A stretch of 64,000 nucleotides of DNA from Dehalococcoidia bacterium (lineage in GTDB: Bacteria > Chloroflexota > Dehalococcoidia > DSTF01 > JACRBR01), in the NCBI GenBank assembly GCA_041494685.1, contig JBGQBE010000009.1, forward strand, positions 15,054 to 79,053, given 5' to 3'. Position 1 is the stretch's first letter, and every line of letters begins with the position of its first letter. The notes below the pieces were generated by a model that worked only from the letters and a program-made list of their open reading frames with translations, did not search any database and had not been told where the DNA came from. This document shows, one piece after another, positions 37,531 through 47,385 of the stretch. The position numbers were made by a program, and so were the translations under genes.

Positions 37531-38187
37531 TCAGTCGATGAGGCCCGACTTGATGGCGTATTTCACGAGTTCCGCGCGCGTGTGCAGATTCAGTTTCTGC
37601 ATGATGTGGCCGCGGTGCGCCTCGGCGGTGTTGATGCTGATGACGAGCATCCCCGCGATCTCGCGATTTGAGTGGCCGTTGGCGATGAGCCTCAGGATCT
37701 CGCGTTCGCGATCCGTCAGGCCGTCGTAGTGGACGCGGTCCTCGTTTCCTGAGCGGACGCGGCGCAGGTAGTCGTTGAGGAGGTATCGCGCGATCGACGG
37801 GTAGAAGTACGCCTCGCCCCGATACGCCGCGCGGATGGCGGTGTAGAGCTCCGTGGGTGTCGCTTCCTTGAGGACGTATCCCGCGCCTTCGGACTTCATC
37901 AGTTCGAAGAAGTACTCGGGGCTGTCGTGCGCCGTCACGGCCAGCACCTGGATCTTCGGGTTCTCGCTCCGGATCTGACGCGTCGCCTCGATGCCGTTCA
38001 TGCCGCGGAGGGCGATGTCCATCAGGACCACATCGGGCACCAGCGTCCTCGCCAGCGATAGCGCCGTCTCGCCGTCCGCGGCCTCGCCGACCACCTCCAT
38101 CTCGGCGTTCCCCCTGAAGAGCGCGCGCAGGCCGGCGCGCACCATCTCGTGATCGTCGACGAGCATCAGGCGTATCTTCTCGCTCAC
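37531..38187 (-). CDS. NarL/FixJ-family response regulator
   Basis: LVDDH, VLMDI, GYVLK, LTDREREILRL...HRGHIMQKL. Confidence 0.93.
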   Translation of the reverse strand: MSEKIRLMLVDDHEMVRAGLRALFRGNAEMEVVGEAADGETALSLARTLVPDVVLMDIALRGMNGIEATRQIRSENPKIQVLAVTAHDSPEYFFELMKSEGAGYVLKEATPTELYTAIRAAYRGEAYFYPSIARYLLNDYLRRVRSGNEDRVHYDGLTDREREILRLIANGHSNREIAGMLVISINTAEAHRGHIMQKLNLHTRAELVKYAIKSGLID

Positions 38188-39491
38188 GTGCCGTTGCCTC
38201 CGCTCACCGGGATGACGACGCGGACCGTCGTGCCCGCGCCCGGCGTGGACACCAGGTCGAGCTTGCCGCCCAGCAGCGCGGCGCGTTCCTTCATGCCCAG
38301 CAGGCCGAGCCCTTCGCCGTGACCGTTCGTGTGCAGGTGCGCCGGGTCGAATCCGACGCCATCGTCCTGGACGTTAAGTACGATCGTCCCGTTCCGCTGC
38401 GCGAATGCGACGATCGCGTGCTGCGCCTGCGCGTGGCGGGCGATGTTGTTCACCGCTTCCTGCGCGATGCGGAAGACCGCCGTCTCCGTGTCGAGCGTCA
38501 GGCGCTGGGTCGGACGCTCAAGTCGCGCATCGACGGCGACGCCCGCCTCGGCCAGACGATTGCGCGCGTACGCCGAGAGCGCCGGAATGAGGCCCAGGTC
38601 GTCGAGATCGCTGGGCCGCAGCGCGACGATGATCTTGCGGACCTCCCAGAGCGCGTCGGTGAGGATGCCGCGGAGGTCCGAGAGGCCCGCGCGGACGCCA
38701 TCCTGGTCCGGCGGGACATGCTCCTCCAGTTCGCCGATGCGGACGGCCGCGGCGGAGAGGAGCTGGACGGCCTCGTCGTGCAACTCCCGTCCGATGCGGC
38801 GCCGCTCCTCTTCCTGCGCGCGGATCACCTTTCCCACGGTCGCCTGGAGTTCGCTGTTCAGCGCCGCGGCGCGCTCGTGCAGGACGTTCAGCTCCGCGCC
38901 GCGCCGCTCCGCCTTGGCCCTCTGGTGCGCGGACTCGACGATCTCGTGGCGCTGTTCGCGCGAGAAATACGCGCCGAGCAGTGACACGACGAGGAAGCTG
39001 CTTGCGCTGCCGATCGCGACGTCGCCCGAGAGGCCTTCGCTCAGCGCGATCGCCGCGAGCGCGCTGCCGATCGCGAGCAGCACGGCGCCGGCGGCGGCCC
39101 GCATCTCCAGTGTGGTGACGGCGAACAGCAGCACCGGAATGTAGATCAGGTAGACCTGGTGCTGCGCGTCGCGGGAGAAGAACACGATCGCGGCGTCGAA
39201 GAGCAGAAGAAGAGGCGTCCATGCATAGAACGGCCAGCCTCGCTGGGACTGCTCGATGACACGGCTGAAGGACGGCAGGTACGTGCCGAGGTTGGTGAGC
39301 GCCGCCGCGCCAAGCAGCCCCCAGACGAGCCAGTGCGTTCCAAGATCCGCCGGGGAATGGTGGGTCATCGTGAGCGCCGCGACGCCCGCCAGGGTGATCC
39401 ACGCCGCGTTCCGGGCTATCGCCGCCGTCCGCAGCCGGAATCCGGCCAGGAGTTCACGCTCGCCAGCGGTCTCCAATCGTCGCGTGGCCAT
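38184..39491 (-). CDS. Membrane sensor histidine kinase (HisKA_3)
   Basis: Several TMs, EEERRRIGRELHD, LRPSDLDDLGL, QEAVNN, DDGVGF, GLLGMKER. Confidence 0.93.
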   Translation of the reverse strand: MATRRLETAGERELLAGFRLRTAAIARNAAWITLAGVAALTMTHHSPADLGTHWLVWGLLGAAALTNLGTYLPSFSRVIEQSQRGWPFYAWTPLLLLFDAAIVFFSRDAQHQVYLIYIPVLLFAVTTLEMRAAAGAVLLAIGSALAAIALSEGLSGDVAIGSASSFLVVSLLGAYFSREQRHEIVESAHQRAKAERRGAELNVLHERAAALNSELQATVGKVIRAQEEERRRIGRELHDEAVQLLSAAAVRIGELEEHVPPDQDGVRAGLSDLRGILTDALWEVRKIIVALRPSDLDDLGLIPALSAYARNRLAEAGVAVDARLERPTQRLTLDTETAVFRIAQEAVNNIARHAQAQHAIVAFAQRNGTIVLNVQDDGVGFDPAHLHTNGHGEGLGLLGMKERAALLGGKLDLVSTPGAGTTVRVVIPVSGGNGT

Positions 39492-39732
39492 CGTCCCTCA
39501 CTCGCACTATCCCGTACTAGTATGGGCGGCGGCGCCGTGCGGCAGCATGGCCCGCCCGCACTCGATCGCCCATCGTTCGATACAACCAGCGGTGCCGTCT
39601 ATGTGTATGCGGTCGCCGCGGACTGTGCCGCGCGTCCATACCGGTCGATACGGTCGGCGCGCGCTGCGACGGCCTTTCGCCGAAGGGCAGTCGTCGCACG
39701 GCCGGAAGCCAGCGCCAGTGGTAACGCCGGCA

Positions 39733-39755
39733 GTACTAGCGGCGGATAGCTACTC
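39733..39755 (+). promoter_or_regulatory. Shared upstream motif copy before the cytochrome gene
   Basis: GTACTAGCGGCGGATAGCTACTC. Confidence 0.5.
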
Positions 39756-39834
39756 GCTGGCGGCGAATAGCGTCTTTACGCGATACCCCAATGGATACCT
39801 GCTGCCTACATTGATCGTGGAGGTGACAACCGCC

Positions 39835-41469
39835 ATGAGCACACTCCAGGAAGCAGCCAGCACATTCCTGCGGATGCGGGGGCCGGAACGGCGTCCGCAC
39901 GTCATCCTCAATCCGATCACGGTTCTCGGCGCCGTGATCGCGTGCGTCGGAGTTGGCGGAGCGGGGTTTGCGCTGGTCTTCGGGTTCCTGGACGAGGACC
40001 CCAGCGCCATCAAGGGCATCCTCGGCTACGTTGTGATGCCCTCGATGGCCCTGGTGGGCGTGTTGCTGATGCTCGTCGGGATCATGCTGGGCGCATGGCG
40101 TCAGGCGCGCGTCGCGGCAGCCTGGGGCGACCGTCCCGGCGTCCACGTCGACATCGGCAGCCGGCGCCAGCTGTTCGGCATCGCCATGTTCGGCGTGATC
40201 GCGATCGGCTCGCTCAGCGTGCTGGGCGGCACGACGTACCGGGCGATCGAGTTCATGGAGTCCACCACATTCTGCGGCACGTGCCACGCAGTGATGCAGC
40301 CGCAGGTTGACGCCCACCTGACGTCGCCGCATGCGGAGGTCGAGTGCACGAAGTGCCACATCGCCTACCGCTCCGGCCCGTTGGGCCCGAACGCCGCCGC
40401 GTATATCGACGCGAAGATCGGCGGCCTGCGCCAGACCTTGTCCGTGATGACGGGCAGCTACGATCAACCGATCAGAGCGCCCAGTGACAAGCTCCCGAAC
40501 ACCAACACGACCTGCGAAGGCTGCCACGCGCCCGACAAGAACTACGGCGTCATGATCCGCCAGTTCAAGTCCTACGCGCCGGATGAGACGAACACGCGCA
40601 ACACGCGCCTACTGGCGTTCCAGGTCGGCGGCGGCAAAGCCGGCGAAGCGGCCGGCATCCACTGGCATGCGACGGCGAAGGTCTGGTACCGCGCGACGGA
40701 CGAACTTCGCAACGTCGTCTCGTGGGTCGGCGTGGAGACGCCGAACGGGCTGGAGGAGTGGATCAACCCGGACGTGCCGGCCGGCGAGCCGGGTGCACAG
40801 CAGCTCATGAGCTGCATCGACTGTCACAATCGCGTCGGCCACCGTATCCCCGGCCCCGACGAACTGGTGGACGAGGCGTTGGACAGCGGCCGCCTGGACC
40901 CCAACCTGCCGTACATCAAGCGAGAAGCCGTGAAGTTGCTCGGCGGCGACGGCCAGGGCGCGAACCCCGATCTGCTCGCCGCGCAGCTCAGGCAGCCGAC
41001 GTGGTTCGACCAGCTCGCGGGCTTCTACCACGACACCTACTCCGAGATCTTCGCGTCGAAGCGCGACGCGATTCGCAACGCGATCGACGAGCTGAAGAAG
41101 ATCTCGACGCAGATCCTCTACCCCGACATGCGCACGGACTGGCTGACGTATCCCGACAATCTGAGCCACCGGCTGCCCGAAGGGATCAAGACGGCGGCGG
41201 GACAGGACACGCCTGGATGCTTCCGCTGCCACGGTACGCTCGTCCAGTCCGTGACCGGCGCGCGTCTCGCCGGCACGATGGGCGGCGACAGCTGCCTTGC
41301 CTGCCACGGCGTCGGGGAAGGGTCGTCGCTGCAGATCAGCAAGAGCAGCCCGACGCAGTCGCAGGCGTGCGCGCTGTGCCACGTCAACGTCGAAGCGCAG
41401 CAGATCGCCGGCGCGCCCGGCGGAGGCGGGACCCCGGTGCTTCCGATGGACCAGATCCACCAGCGCTGA
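39835..41469 (+). CDS. Membrane-bound multiheme cytochrome c, NapC/NirT-like N-terminus
   Basis: Three TMs then 7 CxxCH motifs (CGTCH, CTKCH, CEGCH, CIDCH, CFRCH, CLACH, CALCH); GGAGGTGA RBS. Confidence 0.9.
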   Translation: MSTLQEAASTFLRMRGPERRPHVILNPITVLGAVIACVGVGGAGFALVFGFLDEDPSAIKGILGYVVMPSMALVGVLLMLVGIMLGAWRQARVAAAWGDRPGVHVDIGSRRQLFGIAMFGVIAIGSLSVLGGTTYRAIEFMESTTFCGTCHAVMQPQVDAHLTSPHAEVECTKCHIAYRSGPLGPNAAAYIDAKIGGLRQTLSVMTGSYDQPIRAPSDKLPNTNTTCEGCHAPDKNYGVMIRQFKSYAPDETNTRNTRLLAFQVGGGKAGEAAGIHWHATAKVWYRATDELRNVVSWVGVETPNGLEEWINPDVPAGEPGAQQLMSCIDCHNRVGHRIPGPDELVDEALDSGRLDPNLPYIKREAVKLLGGDGQGANPDLLAAQLRQPTWFDQLAGFYHDTYSEIFASKRDAIRNAIDELKKISTQILYPDMRTDWLTYPDNLSHRLPEGIKTAAGQDTPGCFRCHGTLVQSVTGARLAGTMGGDSCLACHGVGEGSSLQISKSSPTQSQACALCHVNVEAQQIAGAPGGGGTPVLPMDQIHQR

Positions 41470-41650
41470 CGCGGCGTCGGCGTCGGCTCAGCGGCAGGCG
41501 CTGTGAGACGTGGTCGCTGCCCGCGACGCGCAGCGGCTCCAGAGACACGGTCGTCGGAGACGTCCGAAGATGGTGGCGGGAGCGACGAACCACTCGTCGC
41601 TGACCTCTATTCGCAACCGGCCCACACCAGCACCCGGACATCGTGGCCGT

Positions 41651-44020
41651 TCAGCGCGCCCGGAACCGGACGTACCACACCGCGGCGCCCACCACGCCGA
41701 GGGCCGCCAGGCCAAGCCACGTGATCCATCCGCGCGTACCCATCGGCCCATCTGATGCCGCGGCGCGGTCGTGCAGTGCGGCGATGTCCGGTGCCTCGGC
41801 GATGCCGCCGACCGAACTCACGGGGACAGACGTAGGTGTCGCGGCCGGCGCGGCGGCGCCGAGCGTGTCCACCATGCGAATCCGCCGGTTGCCCTGATCG
41901 GCGATGTACAGGTTGCCACCGGTGTCCAACGCGATCGCGCGCGGCAAGGTGAGGCAGGCGGACGCTGCCGCGCCGCCGTCGCCGCAGAAGCCGCTGACCG
42001 CGCTACCGACGACCGTCGAGATGATGCCGCCCGTGATCTCGCGAATGCGGTCACCGGAGTGCGACGAAATGAAGACGTTGCCTGCGCTGTCCTTGACGGC
42101 CGAGCTTGGCTCGTGGATGGACGCTGACGTGGCCGCGCCGGCGTCGCCGGTGTCGCTGGCAGCGCCCGTGCCCGCGATCGTCGTGAACGTGCCGCCGCTC
42201 ACCAGTTTCACCTTCTGGTTGCCCGTATCGGCGATCAGAAGGCCCGATCCGTCCACGAAGATCCCGTTCGGCACGTTGAGGCATGCGGTGGTCGTAGCCG
42301 GTGACCCGGTCACACAGTCCGCCATTCCTCCGTTGCCCGCCACCGTCGTGATCGTCTCGCCAGCACCGCCGTTCACCACGCCGTCCGGACCGGGCGTGAC
42401 CATGCGCACCACGTTGTTGGCGGTGTCCGCGATGTACAGGTCACCGGCGGCGTCGATAAAGACGTCGCGGGGCAGGTTCAATGTCGCCGAGAGGGCCGCG
42501 CCGGCGTCGCCGGTGTATCCCTGCGCGCCGGTGCCGGCGACCGTGGTGATGTTGTGCGTCGCGTGATCGATGCGACGGATGCGGTTGTTCGTCGTGTCGG
42601 CAATATACAGATCCCCGGCTGCGTTAATGCTCAATCCACGCGGCGAATAGAGCTGGGCCGCCGCCGCCGGTCCGTTATCGCCCGAATATCCCGGCGTGCC
42701 CGTGCCCGCGAACGTCGTGATCGTGGTGCCGTTGACCACGCGGATGACGTGGTTGCCCGTGTCGGCGATATAGAGCGGGTCCGTGGGGGCGTGCCGCTCA
42801 ACCCCTTGCGGGTTATTGAGGCAAGCGGCGGTCGCCAGGCCGGTATCGCCGCAGTACGTCGAACTGCCGGCGAACGTGGAGATGTTGTTGGTGATGTGAT
42901 CGACGACGCGAATCCGGTGGTTCAGGGCCGCTGCGATATAGAGGTTGCCGGACGCGTCGTATGCCAGGTCATCAGGCGAATTGACGCAGGCGCTGGCGGC
43001 GGCGCCGCCATCGCCGCAGTAGCCTGACACGCCGCTGCCCGCGATCGTCGCGATCGCCTCGCCGGAACCACCGTCGACGAACCCGTTGACGCCCGTCACG
43101 ACCTTCCGCACGCGGTCGTTGTCGGAGTCGGCGATGATCAGATCGTTCGCGGAATCGAACGCGATGCCGCGCGGGTGCGACAGCAGTGCCAAGGCGGCGG
43201 CGCCGCCGTCGCCCGCGTAGCCTGTCGCGCCGGCACCGGCGACCGTCGTGATCGTCCCCGTAATCGCGTCAACGCGGCGAATCCGGTTGTTGTTCTCGTC
43301 GGCGATGAAGAGATTACCCGCGGAGTCGAACTTGATGCCGCGCGGGTGGTTGAGGCAGGCGCTGGTGGCGGCGCTCGTGTCTCCGCAATAGCCCGCGACG
43401 CCGCTGCCGGCAAAGGTGGTGATGATGTTCGTGGTGTGATTGACGACGCGGATGCGGTTGTGCAACGAGTCGGCGATGAACAGGTCTCCCGCCGAGTTGA
43501 GCGCGAGCCCGCGTGGCGAACTGAAGCACGCGGACGTGGCCGGGCCGTTGTCGCCGCAGAACGCTGACACTCCGCTGCCGGCGAACGTCGTGATCACGCC
43601 GGTCGGGGAGATCTTGCGCACGCGGTTGTTCGTGCTGTCGGCGACGTAGACGTTCGGCGGGTTCGCCCCGTCCGCCACGACGCCGATGGGGAACTGCAGG
43701 CAGCCGCTGGTCGCCGCACCCGCGTCGCCGCAGAACGTGCCCTGGCCGTTGCCGGCGTAGGTGCTGATCGTAGGCGTCACACCCGCCGTCACTTTGCGCA
43801 GGCGCTGGTTCGAGTTGTCGGCGACGTAGAGATTCCCCGCCGTGTCGAACGCGATGCCCACGGGCAGGTTCAAGCATGCGCCCGCTGCCGGCAGCGTATC
43901 GCCGCAGAACGTGTTGGCGCCCGCGGGCGACGTGATCGTCCCGGATGCGGCGAAGATGGCGCTGGCTGCCAGCGCGCCGACGGCCAGCACGAACGCGGGG
44001 ACGACGAATCGACGGATCAT
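41651..44020 (-). CDS. Secreted NHL-repeat beta-propeller protein with C-terminal membrane anchor
   Basis: Signal peptide, 12 repeats of L..P.GIAFD..GNLYIAD..N.RIR.V, C-terminal TM + WYVRFRAR. Confidence 0.9.
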   Translation of the reverse strand: MIRRFVVPAFVLAVGALAASAIFAASGTITSPAGANTFCGDTLPAAGACLNLPVGIAFDTAGNLYVADNSNQRLRKVTAGVTPTISTYAGNGQGTFCGDAGAATSGCLQFPIGVVADGANPPNVYVADSTNNRVRKISPTGVITTFAGSGVSAFCGDNGPATSACFSSPRGLALNSAGDLFIADSLHNRIRVVNHTTNIITTFAGSGVAGYCGDTSAATSACLNHPRGIKFDSAGNLFIADENNNRIRRVDAITGTITTVAGAGATGYAGDGGAAALALLSHPRGIAFDSANDLIIADSDNDRVRKVVTGVNGFVDGGSGEAIATIAGSGVSGYCGDGGAAASACVNSPDDLAYDASGNLYIAAALNHRIRVVDHITNNISTFAGSSTYCGDTGLATAACLNNPQGVERHAPTDPLYIADTGNHVIRVVNGTTITTFAGTGTPGYSGDNGPAAAAQLYSPRGLSINAAGDLYIADTTNNRIRRIDHATHNITTVAGTGAQGYTGDAGAALSATLNLPRDVFIDAAGDLYIADTANNVVRMVTPGPDGVVNGGAGETITTVAGNGGMADCVTGSPATTTACLNVPNGIFVDGSGLLIADTGNQKVKLVSGGTFTTIAGTGAASDTGDAGAATSASIHEPSSAVKDSAGNVFISSHSGDRIREITGGIISTVVGSAVSGFCGDGGAAASACLTLPRAIALDTGGNLYIADQGNRRIRMVDTLGAAAPAATPTSVPVSSVGGIAEAPDIAALHDRAAASDGPMGTRGWITWLGLAALGVVGAAVWYVRFRAR

Positions 44021-44059
44021 GATGCTCTCCAGACCCTAGCTGCGCGGTTGTCTGTGCGA

Positions 44060-45724
44060 CTACCGCCGGAACCGTGAAATCTGCGCCACGAGTCGCTCAC
44101 GGCCGAAATAGCCCCCCGCGCCGACCAGGGCGATGACGCCGAGACCAACCGCGAGCCAGATCCATGACGGCGCGCCGCCGCTGCCTGATGCGTCCGCATT
44201 CGATAGCTGGCTGCCGGCGGTGTTGCTATCGCCCCCGATGCTGCCGACGGGAGCTGTGGCCCTGGCTGCGGGTGACCGCGTCGCGAGGGGTGTGCCCGCA
44301 GCGGCGGTCCCTGACGCGGCAGGCGTCCCGCCCGCGGCGGTCGTGGCGCCCGGAGGCGGCGTCGCGGCAATACCGGCGACAGCGGAGTCTGGTGTTGCCT
44401 GAGCCGCCTGATCGACGGGCGTGTCCGCATTCGGCCCCGCGGTCGGCTGGTCGGGCGATGGCGTATCGCCCGGTGCGGGAGTGGATGAGGCGTCCGCCAC
44501 GGGCGTGCGAGTAGGCCGCGCCGTCGCCGTCGATATCGGAGTGCGCGTCGCCGTGGGTGTCGGCGCGGCTTCCTGCACGGTGATGACCGAGACGGTGTTG
44601 TCGGCCTTGTTCGCGACGTACACCTTGCTGCTGTTGAGGATCGCCAGCGACGTAGGGGCACCGCCGATGCCACTCGTTGCATCGAGCGTCGCGACCAGCG
44701 TCAATGACGGGATGTCGATCACGGATACGGTGCTGCCGCCCTCGTTGGGGACGTAGGCGCGCTTGCCGTCCGCCGTGATGTGGATCCGCTGGGGCGAAGC
44801 GCCGGCGGGATCGCCCAGATCGATCGTGGCGAGGACGGCGCCGCTGCCGCCCGACAGCGCCGTGACGCTGTGCGACGACTGGTTCGCGACGAGGACGACG
44901 GAACTATCCGGGGTGTCGGCGAGGCCGTGCGGCGAACTGCCCACGAGGACCGGGCCGCCGATCACGGTGTCGCTCGTGCTGTCGATCCGCGAGATCGAAC
45001 CGGGACTGTCCAGGAAGTTGGCGACCCACAGCGTGTTGCCGACGAAGCGCAGCGAGTCCGGGTCGAGTCCGACCGCAATGTGCGCGACCACCGACGGCAC
45101 TGCCGACGCGATATCGACCACCGTCACTTCGTTCGAGCCCTTGTTCGCGACGTACGCTTTCGTGCCGGCGGGATTGATCACGACCTCGTGCGGCTTATTG
45201 AACGCGGGATCGGTGAGATACTTGACGACCCGCAGATCGTGGTCGAACACGGTGACGCCGTTCGAGTTCTCGTTGGTCACCACGATGCGGCTGTCTCCGG
45301 GCGTCGTGTCGACGGCTGATGGGAAGAGCCCCTGCGTTACGAACGGCGACCCGGCGATCGGTGCATCGGTGGCGGTGTCGATGACGGTGAGTGTGCCGCC
45401 GGTCGGATCGTGATCCGGGACGTAGAGGCGGTGATCTCCGTCGCCCACGTGGAGCGCGCCCGGGTGCCCGGCGTTGATCGTGGCTACGACGCTATCAGTG
45501 CTTGTGCTGATCGCGCTGACCGTGCCCGAGAGATGATTCGATACGTACACCCGCCCGGACGCCGGTGCGATCGCGACGACGCGCGGCGAACTGCCGATGG
45601 CGACCGGCGCGGACACCGTATCGGCTGCTGCGTCACGGGCACCCGCGACGATGCCTCCAGCCAGCAGCATGGTGATGGCGGCGACGATGTGACGGACGTT
45701 GCGTCCTGTTCCGCTGTTGCTCAC
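44060..45724 (-). CDS. YVTN/YncE-type beta-propeller surface protein with Pro/Thr/Ala stalk and C-terminal TM
   Basis: Repeats such as AYVANKGSNEVTVVD, VYVANKADNTVSVI; AGGAG RBS before GTG 45724. Confidence 0.88.
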   Translation of the reverse strand: MSNSGTGRNVRHIVAAITMLLAGGIVAGARDAAADTVSAPVAIGSSPRVVAIAPASGRVYVSNHLSGTVSAISTSTDSVVATINAGHPGALHVGDGDHRLYVPDHDPTGGTLTVIDTATDAPIAGSPFVTQGLFPSAVDTTPGDSRIVVTNENSNGVTVFDHDLRVVKYLTDPAFNKPHEVVINPAGTKAYVANKGSNEVTVVDIASAVPSVVAHIAVGLDPDSLRFVGNTLWVANFLDSPGSISRIDSTSDTVIGGPVLVGSSPHGLADTPDSSVVLVANQSSHSVTALSGGSGAVLATIDLGDPAGASPQRIHITADGKRAYVPNEGGSTVSVIDIPSLTLVATLDATSGIGGAPTSLAILNSSKVYVANKADNTVSVITVQEAAPTPTATRTPISTATARPTRTPVADASSTPAPGDTPSPDQPTAGPNADTPVDQAAQATPDSAVAGIAATPPPGATTAAGGTPAASGTAAAGTPLATRSPAARATAPVGSIGGDSNTAGSQLSNADASGSGGAPSWIWLAVGLGVIALVGAGGYFGRERLVAQISRFRR

Positions 45725-45734
45725 GAGTCCACTC

Positions 45735-46919
45735 CTAGTCCTCAACTGGCTGCTCCTGGGGCGTCATGCGAGACGGAAGCCTCACGCCGAACGATCGAAT
45801 CCATGCCCGGAACGTGCGTGGCGCCGTCCCGAAGTACGTATCCACCGCTTCCTCGGACGCGGGCGCCAGCACCGTGAATCGCGCGAAGAAGAACGTGGCG
45901 GCCAGCGCCGCGACGAGCAGCCCGGCGACGATGCGGAGTTGCGTCCAGTCGCGATACAACCCGCCGGCGCCGACGGCCGGCGTCGTGGGCGGGTTCACGG
46001 GCAGCATGTACTGTGCCGCAAGCTTCTTGATGTCGACGAGGTTGATCGCCGGCACGCCCTCGTTCTGCATCCGCTCGATCAGGCCGCCGCTGACGACGTC
46101 GCCACCCAGTGACGGCGCGTTCAGTCCCGGATCGAAGCCCGCGCCGAACCCCTTGCTGGCGAGGCCGCCGCCAACGTTGACGAACGCCTTGATCGGGCGC
46201 CCGTTCGCCAGGCGCCGATAGGTCGCCATGTGCTGGTCCACGCTTTCGGGGACGTTCTTGGCGAACACCAGCGGCACGTTGTTGCGCTTCATGGCGTCGG
46301 TGGCGAGCTTTCGCCCCTCCGACGTCATGGGACGGGCCTTGAAGTCGCCGCCGATCGACGCTTCCACGGAACGGTGGGCGATGATGCCCTTCTGGACGAG
46401 CAGCGATTCCATGTCGAGGATCGTCAGGTCGGGATCGTTCGCACCCCAGGTCGATGCGCCGACCGAACTGACGACGATCGGCTCGGCGCCAAGCGTCTCC
46501 GCGGCCGCGATGGTGGCGATGTCCAGCGCCGGAAACGAGCCGGTGTACGAGATCGCGACGACGTCGCTCGTGCCGACGCCGGCCTGTCGCAGCATCGAGA
46601 CGATCGCGCCGGCGAAGTTGGGGTTTGTTGAGGTGACCTTGGAACGCAACGAGCCAGGGTCGGTCGTGATCGCGCTGGTCGAGAGGCCGATCATGGCGGC
46701 CTGGATGTCGTCACCGGCGACGGCGCTCGCGACGGTGCTGTTGTCCTTGACGGCGCCGATCGCCAGTTCGGCGGATTGCGTGCGGCGCGAGGCTTCGATC
46801 TTGTAGCCGTAGTCGGCGGGCCGCGCACCCAGCCCGAACCAGTTGAACAGGCCGTAACTCAGGAGTGCGATCCCTCCGAGTGCAACCAGCGTCAGCTTCT
46901 CGCGAAATCCTATGTACAT
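45735..46919 (-). CDS. pgsW: Poly-gamma-glutamate system protein PgsW
   Basis: ITTDPGSLRSKVTSTNPNFA, TGSFPAL, SSVGASTWGAN, FVNVGGG; follows pgsB-pgsC. Confidence 0.85.
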   Translation of the reverse strand: MYIGFREKLTLVALGGIALLSYGLFNWFGLGARPADYGYKIEASRRTQSAELAIGAVKDNSTVASAVAGDDIQAAMIGLSTSAITTDPGSLRSKVTSTNPNFAGAIVSMLRQAGVGTSDVVAISYTGSFPALDIATIAAAETLGAEPIVVSSVGASTWGANDPDLTILDMESLLVQKGIIAHRSVEASIGGDFKARPMTSEGRKLATDAMKRNNVPLVFAKNVPESVDQHMATYRRLANGRPIKAFVNVGGGLASKGFGAGFDPGLNAPSLGGDVVSGGLIERMQNEGVPAINLVDIKKLAAQYMLPVNPPTTPAVGAGGLYRDWTQLRIVAGLLVAALAATFFFARFTVLAPASEEAVDTYFGTAPRTFRAWIRSFGVRLPSRMTPQEQPVED

Positions 46920-46920
46920 G

Positions 46921-47385
46921 TCAGACCCTGATGTCGCTGCCGAAGACCATGACCATCGCCAGCCGCGTCACGACGGCGACGCAGATGAGCCCGGCCACCG
47001 TGACGCTCGGCCCCTGCTTGTCCATCCACTCGGCCAGCAGGCCGGGGATGATGAATCCGATGGCCCGCAGCTCCGCGTGGGAGCCGGTGATGTCCGAGCG
47101 AAGGAACTTCTCGAGCGCGAGGCTCAGGAAGAAGCCGATGAGGACGGTGACGACAAACCGGCGGCGGCCGTACAGCAGCGTCGAGCGCCCCAGCAGGCGC
47201 ACGCAGGCGAAGGTCATCAGTGCCACGGCGAGCGTGCCGAGGACGCGGTACGGCCGGATCAGCAGCAACGCGATGTAGCCGGGCACGACCATGCCGCCGG
47301 GCGTGATGGCGAACAGCTCGCCGAAGATCAGCCCCGCCACAAGGCCGGTGCCGATCGCTTCCTGCAGGAGCGTCTGCGGTAACAC
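46921..47385 (-). CDS. pgsC: Poly-gamma-glutamate biosynthesis protein PgsC/CapC
   Basis: PGGMVVPGYIAL, LYGRRRF, IGFIIPGLLAEWMDKQG. Confidence 0.93.
   Translation of the reverse strand: MLPQTLLQEAIGTGLVAGLIFGELFAITPGGMVVPGYIALLLIRPYRVLGTLAVALMTFACVRLLGRSTLLYGRRRFVVTVLIGFFLSLALEKFLRSDITGSHAELRAIGFIIPGLLAEWMDKQGPSVTVAGLICVAVVTRLAMVMVFGSDIRV

Noticed and set aside
39256-39834. 193-aa N-terminal extension of the cytochrome ORF
   Set aside because: Overlaps the kinase start and promoter; strong RBS at 39835
41651-44020. Diversity-generating or nucleotide-level repeat array in the NHL gene
   Set aside because: Repeats are diverged at DNA level and explained by protein blades; no reverse transcriptase in window
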